NCBI GenBank assembly: GCA_046328015.1
Contig: JAXLXH010000001.1
Location: 907,305 to 971,304 of the forward strand
Reading direction: 5' to 3'
From: Candidatus Sericytochromatia bacterium
GTDB lineage: Bacteria; Cyanobacteriota; Sericytochromatia; UBA7694; JACMQJ01
DNA: 64,000 nucleotides
How positions within the stretch are numbered: the first letter of the stretch is position 1; the number at the start of each line of letters is the position of its first letter. Of this stretch, positions 20,057 through 28,649 are shown in pieces. A model generated the notes under the pieces. That model did no database searches. It worked only from the letters and a program-made list of their open reading frames with translations, and was not told the origin of the DNA. The position numbers and the translations under genes are program-made.

Positions 20057-20680
20057 ATGCAAAAAGCTGTCCTTACTAAATTAATAACAAAAGCTGTTCA
20101 GGGTACATTTGATCCTCAAATTTGTAAAAGATATATAAGAGAATTCAATTTTGGAGCAACTCCTAATGCAGATGACATATATGCTTTAGCTTTAAAGTTC
20201 CTTAATCAAAATGAGACTGAGATTGCAATCAGCTATATTATAGCTTCTTTAGATGCAAATAAAGATCATAACCCTACATTCCACTTGGCTAAAACTATGG
20301 TTTTTAGTCTTTCTGAAGAATTCGAAAGAAACCAAGGTGCTATTTATAAACAGAAACAAAGCGATTTAAAAAAATATGTTTTGATGTTAGAAAAAGGAAT
20401 ACAAAAATCTGAAGCTGATATTTTAGCCTTAAAAAATGAAGCAAAAAAATTAGAAGCTGAAAGTGGTGGTTTCTTTTCTAAATTAATGAATAAAAATAAA
20501 GATAGAATTGCAGAAATAAATACTCAAATTCCAGCTGAAAGCGATAAAATGGAAAAAAGTAAATCTGAAATGAAAAAAGTAATTTATTTAGTACAAATAG
20601 AAGAATATATGAAAGTTTTATCTTTAGTAATGGAAGTACTTACTTTCCCAAGTAGATATAGTTGGGTTTTTAAACAATAA
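20057..20680 (+). CDS. Hypothetical helical/coiled-coil protein, cassette 1 gene B
   Basis: AISYIIASLDANKDHNPTFHL... is paralogous to AISFIISALDIDRKHAPTLHL in the gene at 36460..37086. Confidence 0.55.
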   Translation: MQKAVLTKLITKAVQGTFDPQICKRYIREFNFGATPNADDIYALALKFLNQNETEIAISYIIASLDANKDHNPTFHLAKTMVFSLSEEFERNQGAIYKQKQSDLKKYVLMLEKGIQKSEADILALKNEAKKLEAESGGFFSKLMNKNKDRIAEINTQIPAESDKMEKSKSEMKKVIYLVQIEEYMKVLSLVMEVLTFPSRYSWVFKQ

Positions 20681-20684
20681 TATT

Positions 20685-20733
20685 TTAGTTAGAAGCCAAA
20701 AGAAAATATCTTTTAACTTCTAACTTTTAACTA
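20685..20733. repeat. REP-like repeat, family 1, inverted orientation (CTTTTAACTTCTAACTTTTAAC)
   Basis: Reverse complement of the GTGAAAAGTTAGAAGTTAGAAG core. Confidence 0.5.
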
Positions 20734-20736
20734 ATA

Positions 20737-21159
20737 ATGATAGACATAAAAAAATACACTGTTGAAAAAATAAATAAAAATGCTAAAAACACTATGGTAG
20801 AGTTTTTAGATATAGAAATAACAGAAATAGGAGCTGATTTTATTTGCGGTAAAATGCCTGTTAGCAATAAAACTATACAACCTGCTGGAATTTTGCATGG
20901 TGGAGCTTCTGTAGTCTTAGCAGAAACTTTGGGTAGTATAGCTGGTAATTGTTGTATAGATACAGAAAAATTTTATTGTGTAGGTCTAGAAATAAATGCT
21001 AATCATATCAGACCAGTCCCTTTAGGAAATATGGTTTTTGCAAGAGCTAATGCTATTCATCTTGGAAAAAAAACTCAAATATGGGAAATAAAAATAACTA
21101 ATGCAGAGGATAAATTAGTTTGTATTAGTCGCCTAACCTTATCTGTAGTTAGTAAATAA
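20737..21159 (+). CDS. PaaI/YbdB-type hotdog-fold thioesterase
   Basis: 140 aa. GILHGGASVVLAETLGSIAG is a conserved PaaI-family motif. Confidence 0.85.
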   Translation: MIDIKKYTVEKINKNAKNTMVEFLDIEITEIGADFICGKMPVSNKTIQPAGILHGGASVVLAETLGSIAGNCCIDTEKFYCVGLEINANHIRPVPLGNMVFARANAIHLGKKTQIWEIKITNAEDKLVCISRLTLSVVSK

Positions 21160-21269
21160 ATATTTTTTGTGAAAAACTATTTTTCAATTTTTAAAACTTT
21201 TATAGCTACTCCAATATTTTAGTTTACTATTTAATTGTGTATTTAATTTTTTCCTGAATAGCTATAATT

Positions 21270-21380
21270 TTTAACTTTTCCATATACTTCTAACTTCTAA
21301 CTTTTAACTTCTAACTATTCACGGTTCACGGATTTTTACTGAGCCTGTCGAAGTATCACGAATTATTACGATACATAACT
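21270..21380. repeat. REP-like composite repeat, family 1, inverted copy (CTTCTAACTTCTAACTTTTAACTTCTAAC + TACTGAGCCTGTCGAAGTATCACG)
   Basis: Reverse complement of the units seen at 32538-32665. Confidence 0.6.
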
Positions 21381-21495
21381 TAATTTTTATAGACACATAA
21401 ATATTTCTAAATTTGCTATCTCTTTTATTGAAATAATAAGCTTTTCAATGTATAATTTCAGTCTAAAATCTTAACTTTAACTTTCTGGAGCTTTT

Positions 21496-22233
21496 ATGTC
21501 TTATATTGATGACGATAATTTATGGAAAGAAAATTTATATGAAACTTTGGGTGTAGCTGAGGATGTATCTGAATCTGATTTAAAAAAAACTTATCTTAAA
21601 TTAGCAAAAAAATATCATCCCGATAGATTTCCTGAAGAAAATGAAGAAAAAATAGAAGCTCAAAGATTATTTTCTAAAATTACGGTTGCTTATAATGTTT
21701 TAAGTGATCCACAAAAGAAAAAACATTACTTAGAATTAAGACGGTTATTAGCTGGGCACATCCCTCAAGAAAATAAATTGGCACAAGAAATACAACAACA
21801 ACCATCTACAACCACTATACCATCTACAGATACAGAACAAAAATCACCTGAAGTTAAACCTCAAGCTCAACATGATCCTAGTCAAACAGTTGAAAAAATA
21901 AAAGAAGATCAAGCCCGAAAATTTTTTGATATTGGAATGGATTTTATCAAAAAAAATAAACTCGATGACGCTATAGAACAATTTAAAAAAGCTATTACAA
22001 CTAAAGCAGACGTAGGTGATTTTCATACACAATTAGGTAATGCTTATAGAAAGAAAAATTGGAGTGGTATGGCTATAAATGAATTTAAATTAGCTCTAAA
22101 ATATAATCCTAAAGATTTTTCAGCTAAAAAAGCATTAGAAGAAATGGGTGGGAATACAACTAAACCAGCAGAGAAAGAAGAAAAAAAAGGTGGTTTTTTA
22201 AGTGGTTTATTTGGTTTTGGAAAGAAAAAGTAA
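21496..22233 (+). CDS. DnaJ (J-domain) protein with C-terminal TPR-like repeats
   Basis: J-domain with HPD motif (LAKKYHPDRF). TPR-like C-terminus. Confidence 0.8.
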   Translation: MSYIDDDNLWKENLYETLGVAEDVSESDLKKTYLKLAKKYHPDRFPEENEEKIEAQRLFSKITVAYNVLSDPQKKKHYLELRRLLAGHIPQENKLAQEIQQQPSTTTIPSTDTEQKSPEVKPQAQHDPSQTVEKIKEDQARKFFDIGMDFIKKNKLDDAIEQFKKAITTKADVGDFHTQLGNAYRKKNWSGMAINEFKLALKYNPKDFSAKKALEEMGGNTTKPAEKEEKKGGFLSGLFGFGKKK

Positions 22234-22603
22234 AGTTTAAATTTTATTTAAGCAAATATTAAATTTACTTGATAAGTAAATTATAATTTTATTATGTTGG
22301 TGTATTATCTCACATACTTGTATCTTAGTTATAGATAATAATACAAGTATAAATATCAAAGAAGATATTAAGATGTTTCGGTACATAGAAAGTTTTTTTT
22401 TGTTATACTAATATTTAGTGATTTTAAGTAAGAAAAATCTTGCGAAAAATTTTTTTATCATTTAAAAATATACAAGAAAAGATTCGTCTAAACAGCCGAG
22501 TTACAATAGAAGAGATACTTTCTTATCAGATAGGGAATAAAATTAGTAGAATAATTGAAGAAGTTAATCTAGCTTATATGCAAGATGGTTATGAGGAATA
22601 GTT

Positions 22604-24019
22604 ATGCTTTTGAATGAAAAAATGATTGAACTAAGTAAAATAAATAAAGTTCACTTTGTTGGAATAGGTGGTATAGGTATGAGTGCCTTAGCCTTTGCTC
22701 TTTTATCAAAAGGTAAAAAAGTTTCTGGTACCGATAAAAAAGCCTCTAACATTACTGATAAATTAACTGAAATGGGAGCTAAAGTAAATATAGAACATAG
22801 CTCGGATAATATAACTAGCGATATAGATATAATAGTAGTATCAACTGCAATAGACAAAACTAATCCAGAAATAATAAAAGCAAAAGAATTAAACATACCT
22901 ATATACCACAGAGCAGATTTATTAAATGCATTTCTTAGAAGCCATGAAAGTATTGCTGTAACAGGAACTCATGGTAAAACCTCTACTTCAGCTATGATGT
23001 CTCAAGTATTATATGAAGCAAACTTACAACCAACTGCTTTAGTTGGAGGACAAATAATAAGTTTTGGAACCAATTCTTTAACAGGAAATAGTAATTATTT
23101 AGTAGCAGAAGTAGATGAAAGTGATAAATCAATTCATAAATTATCAGCTTCTTATGCCATAATTACAAATCTTGAAACAGACCACTTAGATCATTATAAA
23201 GATTTAAATGATATTATAAGTACCATGAAAAGTTTTGTTGATAATATTCCTCAAGATGGAAAAATAATTATTTGTAAAGATTCTGATGGCAACAGAGAAT
23301 TAATGAAACTTTTATCTGATAGAAATGTTATTACTTATGGAGAAGAAGAAGAATCTTCTGATTATGTAATAACCGATATAGAACAAACTGACTCTAGTTC
23401 AAGATTTAAAATATTAGAAAAAGGCAAATTATTAGGTGAGTTTTTTATGCCTGTTGCAGGTAAACACTATATTTTAAATGCTTTATCAGTTATTATTTGC
23501 TCTAGATTAATGGGTGTTTCTGTAGAAAATATTAAAAAAGGACTTGAAAATTATAAAGGTGTAAAAAGAAGATTTGAAAAAATAGCAGAAAAAGATGGTT
23601 CTATAATAATAGATGATTATGCTCATCATCCAACTGAAATAAAAGCAACTTTATCTACTGCTAATTTATTTAAAAGACCAGTAACAGTAGCTTTTCAACC
23701 TCACAGATTTAGTAGAACACAAGGTTTAATGGATGATTTTTCTAAGTCTTTTGAATACGCAGATAGAGTAATTATTACTGATATTTATGGTGCTGGAGAA
23801 AAACAAGAAGACTTTCCAGAAACTACTTCTAAAAAATTATCTGAAATGATTAAAATTCATTATCCAAATAAAGAAGTTCATTATATTGCATCCTTAGAAG
23901 AAATTTCTGATTTTATTACCAAAAATAAATTAGAAAAAGAAATTATTATTACAATGGGTGCAGGAACCATCACAAATTTATCAAAAATGATTTTTAATGA
24001 ACCCCAAAAAGTAGCTTAA
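22604..24019 (+). CDS. murC: UDP-N-acetylmuramate--L-alanine ligase
   Basis: HFVGIGGIGMSALA, GTHGKTSTS, Mur ligase middle and C-terminal domains. GAGGA RBS. Confidence 0.92.
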   Translation: MLLNEKMIELSKINKVHFVGIGGIGMSALAFALLSKGKKVSGTDKKASNITDKLTEMGAKVNIEHSSDNITSDIDIIVVSTAIDKTNPEIIKAKELNIPIYHRADLLNAFLRSHESIAVTGTHGKTSTSAMMSQVLYEANLQPTALVGGQIISFGTNSLTGNSNYLVAEVDESDKSIHKLSASYAIITNLETDHLDHYKDLNDIISTMKSFVDNIPQDGKIIICKDSDGNRELMKLLSDRNVITYGEEEESSDYVITDIEQTDSSSRFKILEKGKLLGEFFMPVAGKHYILNALSVIICSRLMGVSVENIKKGLENYKGVKRRFEKIAEKDGSIIIDDYAHHPTEIKATLSTANLFKRPVTVAFQPHRFSRTQGLMDDFSKSFEYADRVIITDIYGAGEKQEDFPETTSKKLSEMIKIHYPNKEVHYIASLEEISDFITKNKLEKEIIITMGAGTITNLSKMIFNEPQKVA

Positions 24020-24045
24020 TTAGATAATAGTTTTTTTATTATAAA

Positions 24046-24078
24046 TATTAGCCACTTAAGGCTAATATTTTTATTTTT
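24046..24078 (+). terminator. Hairpin TTAGCC-ACTTA-AGGCTAA followed by TATTTTTATTTTT
   Basis: Read from the sequence, 27 nt after the murC stop. Confidence 0.45.
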
Positions 24079-24209
24079 ACTATTATAATTTTTTGGGGTT
24101 TTATTTTTATTAATCTGAAAATCTTTAATTTTCTTTAATGTTTAGCAAGGTTATTAATAAAAAAAACTATACTATATTTAGAGTATATTAAGTTTAGGTA
24201 ATTTAAAAT

Positions 24210-24830
24210 ATGGATGCTATAGGCAATTCAACTGCAATGACAACTATTGCAAATCAAAGTTTAAGCAACCTTTCAAAAAATCAAGTCGTTGAAGAATTAG
24301 AAGCAAATTCTGTATCTTCTATTTTATCTAAAAATGATGCCGTATCTTCTTCTGTTAATTCTGGTTCTGTTCCTGCTAATAGAGTTAGTATAGGAACTAG
24401 ATTAGCCAATACATCTTCTGCTATTGCAACAGGTACTGTTAATGTAACTAGAGAAGCAGGAAGGGTAATAACACAAGAAGTTTTACCTACTCCAGAACCA
24501 CTAAGTGTAAGATTAATGAGAAATAAATTTCTAAGTGCTATTTTAGTGGGTGGATTTGTAAATGGTGTAACAACTTTATTAAAAGTAAATGATGGAAAAT
24601 ATACTGTAGACCAAGCAAAACATGAAGTAGTAAAAAATACTGCTATGGGGGCTGTTTCAGGGCTTTCTTTTGCAAGTGGAATGGGTTTAACCGCATCAGT
24701 TTTGGGAAAAGCTGTAGGTGGAGTACCTTTATCTTTAGCTGCCTTAACTGTAGGAACAGTTGCATCTTATTTCTCAACTGAATTATTAAAAAATCAGGTA
24801 AATTATTTCAAAGATAATCCTGTTGCTTAA
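24210..24830 (+). CDS. Hypothetical Ser/Thr/Ala/Gly-rich protein with C-terminal glycine-zipper-like hydrophobic segment
   Basis: 206 aa. GAVSGLSFASGMGLTASVLGKAVGGVPLSLAALTVGTVASYF. Codon usage visibly less AT-biased than neighbouring genes. Confidence 0.45.
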   Translation: MDAIGNSTAMTTIANQSLSNLSKNQVVEELEANSVSSILSKNDAVSSSVNSGSVPANRVSIGTRLANTSSAIATGTVNVTREAGRVITQEVLPTPEPLSVRLMRNKFLSAILVGGFVNGVTTLLKVNDGKYTVDQAKHEVVKNTAMGAVSGLSFASGMGLTASVLGKAVGGVPLSLAALTVGTVASYFSTELLKNQVNYFKDNPVA

Positions 24831-26056
24831 TTAAAACGACTAATTACTATACTAGAATTATGACCTCCGAAACCAAAACTATTAGATAAAATATTATTTA
24901 GTTTGGTTTCTTTAAAAGTATTAAAAACATAATTTAAATTACAATTAGGATCTTCAGTTTCAAAATTAATTGTAGGTGGGATAATATTATTTTCTAAAGA
25001 TAATATACAAGAAATAGCTTCTATAGCTCCAGAAGCCCCTAACATATGTCCTGTCATAGATTTTAAAGCACTAACAAAAGGTTCTTTTTGATTATAAAAT
25101 ACTTCTCTTATTGCCATAGATTCAGTTTTATCATTTGCTTCTGTAGATGTACCATGTGCATTTATATAATCTATATCAGAAAAATTTAAACCAGAATCTT
25201 TTACAGCACCAATCATACATTTTTTTATACTTTCCCCAGAAGCTTCTGGTAAAGTAATATGAAAAGCATCGCAATTAGAATAATAACCTTTTATCTCAGC
25301 CAAAATATTAGCTTTTCTTTTTTGAGCACTTTCCAAAGATTCTAAAATTAAAATACCTGAACCTTCTCCCATAACAAAACCATCTCTTTTAGCATCAAAT
25401 GGTCGACTAGCTTTTTTAGGTTCTTCATTATGTCTAGACATAGCTCTTAAAGAACAAAAACCAGCAAAACTTAGTGGTGTAATAGCAGATTCAGTTCCTC
25501 CACAAATAGCAGATTCTAAAGTACCAGCTTGAATTAATTTAAAAGCCTGACCAATAGCATCAGTTCCAGAAGCACAAGCCGTAACAGGACAATAATTAGT
25601 TCCTTTGGCATTATATTTTATTGCTACATAAGCTCCGGCTATATTAGGAATAATCATAGGTATAGTTAAAGGGCTAACTCTTGAGTTTCCTTTTTCTAAT
25701 AAAATACTATGCTGATTTTCTGTAACTCCAAAACCACCTATACCACAACCAATAATAACGCCTGTTTTTTCTGGGTTTTCTGATATATTGAGGCCAGATT
25801 GTAATAAAGCTTCATTAGTAGCTGCTAAAGCAAAATGACAAAATCGATCCATTCTTCTTACATCTTTTTTTTCAATATAATCATCAGGATTAAAATTTTT
25901 TACTTCAGCTGCTATTTTAGTAGAAAATTCATTTGCATCAAAAAGAGTTACATAATCAACTCCACTTTGACCCAAAAGCATATTTTCATAAAAAGTTTTT
26001 ATGTTATTTCCTATAGGAGTTACACTTCCAACTCCTGTTATTACTACTCTTTTCAT
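24827..26056 (-). CDS. fabF: 3-oxoacyl-[ACP] synthase II
   Basis: 409 aa. Active-site Cys in ...TACASGTDAIG..., HGTST and GHMLGASG motifs. Confidence 0.92.
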   Translation of the reverse strand: MKRVVITGVGSVTPIGNNIKTFYENMLLGQSGVDYVTLFDANEFSTKIAAEVKNFNPDDYIEKKDVRRMDRFCHFALAATNEALLQSGLNISENPEKTGVIIGCGIGGFGVTENQHSILLEKGNSRVSPLTIPMIIPNIAGAYVAIKYNAKGTNYCPVTACASGTDAIGQAFKLIQAGTLESAICGGTESAITPLSFAGFCSLRAMSRHNEEPKKASRPFDAKRDGFVMGEGSGILILESLESAQKRKANILAEIKGYYSNCDAFHITLPEASGESIKKCMIGAVKDSGLNFSDIDYINAHGTSTEANDKTESMAIREVFYNQKEPFVSALKSMTGHMLGASGAIEAISCILSLENNIIPPTINFETEDPNCNLNYVFNTFKETKLNNILSNSFGFGGHNSSIVISRFN

Positions 26057-26116
26057 TTTTTTATAAAAAAAGTTTATTTAAAAATTAACTTTTAAATAAA
26101 CTTCTAAACTAAAATT

Positions 26117-27085
26117 TTATTTTTTTAAACCAATTTCTACTAATCTTTTATTAAGATATTCACCAGCTGTCATATCAGAGAATTTTTTAGGATGTTTTTC
26201 ATCTATACAAGAATCTAAACAAGTTAAATCCATATCAGCTACTGGATGTAAAAAGAATGGAATAGAATATCTAGAAGTACCTAAAAGTTCTTTTGGTGGA
26301 TTTATTACTCTATGAGTAGTAGAAACTAATTTACCATTAGTTAATCTTTGAAGCATATCACCAACATTAATTACTAGTTCATCATCTTTAGCATTTAAAG
26401 ATAACCATTCACCATCTAATGTTTTTACTTGTAATCCATCTGCACTAGCACCTATTAATAAAGTAATTAAATTAATATCTTCATGTGCTTCAGCTCTAAC
26501 AGCACCTTCTGGTAAATCAACATCTATAAGAGGAAAATAATGTAACATTCTTAAAATACTATTTCCTTTTTGAACTTTATCGTCGAAGTAAAACTCATCT
26601 AATTTTAAAAATAAGGCAATAGCTCTTAATAATTCAATAGCAATATCTTCTAATTTTTTATAAACTTCTAAGGCTATTTTATTAAATTCAGGCAATTCTT
26701 TTACATAAACATTTTGATAAAAACCTTCTGGAATAACTCCGTCTTCAAATTCTTGACCCCATTGCCAAAACTCTTTTAGATCAGCTACTTTAGAACCCTT
26801 AGCAATTTCTTTACCTTTTGAAGTATATCCTCTTTGACCAAAAATACCCTCTATTTCATATTTTTTCTTAAATTCTTCTGGCTGAGAAAAAAAGTTTTTT
26901 ACTTGTTCATATAAATAATCTTTAGTTTGCGGTAATAATCCATGATTTTTTATTACAACAAAACCTATTTCGTTATAAGCTTTACCAATATTTTTACAAA
27001 ATTGTTTTTTTAGTTCTGGATTTCCACTTATTAGATCAGTATAATCTAGAGTTGGGATCTCCACTTTTGTTTTAGTTGCATTCAT
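26117..27085 (-). CDS. 2-oxoglutarate/Fe(II)-dependent oxygenase family protein (isopenicillin N synthase-like)
   Basis: HxD...H iron triad (AHEDINLITLL ... TTHRV). Probably co-transcribed with fabF, gap about 60 nt. Confidence 0.7.
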   Translation of the reverse strand: MNATKTKVEIPTLDYTDLISGNPELKKQFCKNIGKAYNEIGFVVIKNHGLLPQTKDYLYEQVKNFFSQPEEFKKKYEIEGIFGQRGYTSKGKEIAKGSKVADLKEFWQWGQEFEDGVIPEGFYQNVYVKELPEFNKIALEVYKKLEDIAIELLRAIALFLKLDEFYFDDKVQKGNSILRMLHYFPLIDVDLPEGAVRAEAHEDINLITLLIGASADGLQVKTLDGEWLSLNAKDDELVINVGDMLQRLTNGKLVSTTHRVINPPKELLGTSRYSIPFFLHPVADMDLTCLDSCIDEKHPKKFSDMTAGEYLNKRLVEIGLKK

Positions 27086-27342
27086 TTTATTATTCTCTTT
27101 TTAAATTATATGTAATAAATAGGAAAAAATATTCTTTAAAGTTTATTTTTCATTTTTAAATCTAGTATAAAATAATAAAAACAACCTAAAAAGCTTTTTT
27201 AATTTATAGTTATTTTTTTTAATTTTTATTGATATTTATTTTTGATATGAATCAAATAATTTTTATGATCAGAATCATGATTAAAAAATATTTTTATTTA
27301 TAATATGATACATATAAAAAAATACAAAAAGGTATATGGTTT

Positions 27343-28638
27343 ATGTTAAAAACTAAAAAACATTCAAAAAAAATAAACTTAATTCTATCAACTTTACTTT
27401 TTTCTTTTTATGGACAAAATTCTTTTGCAGAAGAAGCTAAAAGTGACCATGATTTTAAATTTAGTGGAAACATCGTAGTAAAAAGTGAATTAGATGCTAG
27501 GGATTTTAAAAATAGTACAAACCCTTTGTTTTATACTTCATTAAGAACAACTTTGGGAGTAGAAAAAGATTTTTTTGATAAATTTAAAGTTTTTCTTCAA
27601 ATAAGAGATTCAAGATTAATGGGTGAAGAAGCTACTTTATTTACAAATATGAAAAATTTAGACCTTCATCAAGGATATGTCTTAGTAAAAAATATTTTTG
27701 ATTCACCTTTATCTTTTCAAGCGGGTAGATTTGAAAATAGTTATGCTACTCAAAGATTTATTGGTGCGGGTGATTGGCATTATATAGGAAGATCTTTTGA
27801 TGGTTTTAAATTAAATTATAAAAATAAAGAAGGTTTTGATTTTAATTTAGATATATTTGATTTTATTAGTAATAACTTCACTCCTTATATTTCAAATGCT
27901 ACCCCTACATCTTATAAAGATATTCCTTCTCCTAGTAATGATATTTTAGGTTTTTGGGCAAAAAGTAAAGTTAGTGAAGCTGTAGAATTAAATTTATTTA
28001 CTATAAAACAAAACAATAAAAAGCAAAGCAAACAAGGTTTTAATGATTTAGATTTAACTACTTTGGGTGGTACTTATATTGGTAATTATGGAGATCTTTC
28101 TTCTATATTAGAAGGTGCTTATCAATTAGGTAATTATTCAGATTTATCTACTAATGCTTATTTAGCTTCGGCTCAAGTTTTTTATAATTTTAGTGGGTTA
28201 AAAGTAGGATTAGGTGCTGATATTTTATCTGGAAATAATCCGGATAGCACAAAAACAAAAAATGTTTTTAGTGCTAGTTTAGGAACCAATCATTCTTTTT
28301 ATGGATATATGGATTATTTTACTGATATACCTACTAATACAGGAAATTTGGGTTTAAATGATTATTATTTGACAACATCTTGGAGTAATAAAAATTTTCC
28401 TTTATCAGCAACTTTAAATATTCATCATTTTATGTCTAATCAAAGTGCAAAAACAGGTGAAAATACTTTTGGTCAAGAAGCAGATTTAGTATTAAAATAT
28501 GCTATATTAGAAAAAACTAATTTTATTTTAGGTGTTAGTATGTTTATACCTTCTAATTTAATGAAAAAAGAAGGGTTTTTTAAAGATGTAAGTGATAACT
28601 CTTATTGGAGTTATGCTTCTATAGTTTCTAATTTTTAA
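27343..28638 (+). CDS. Outer-membrane beta-barrel protein (porin / alginate-export-like)
   Basis: Signal peptide, alternating amphipathic beta-strand pattern, C-terminal ...SNF (terminal Phe). Confidence 0.55.
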   Translation: MLKTKKHSKKINLILSTLLFSFYGQNSFAEEAKSDHDFKFSGNIVVKSELDARDFKNSTNPLFYTSLRTTLGVEKDFFDKFKVFLQIRDSRLMGEEATLFTNMKNLDLHQGYVLVKNIFDSPLSFQAGRFENSYATQRFIGAGDWHYIGRSFDGFKLNYKNKEGFDFNLDIFDFISNNFTPYISNATPTSYKDIPSPSNDILGFWAKSKVSEAVELNLFTIKQNNKKQSKQGFNDLDLTTLGGTYIGNYGDLSSILEGAYQLGNYSDLSTNAYLASAQVFYNFSGLKVGLGADILSGNNPDSTKTKNVFSASLGTNHSFYGYMDYFTDIPTNTGNLGLNDYYLTTSWSNKNFPLSATLNIHHFMSNQSAKTGENTFGQEADLVLKYAILEKTNFILGVSMFIPSNLMKKEGFFKDVSDNSYWSYASIVSNF

Positions 28639-28649
28639 AGGTTTATTAT

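Noticed and set aside
27086-27342. Looked for a molybdenum-cofactor riboswitch upstream of the OMP-moeA-moaA-moaC-mobBA operon
   Set aside because: The region is uniformly AT-rich, with none of the GC-paired helices expected of the Moco RNA motif. A covariance-model scan would be needed to exclude it formally.
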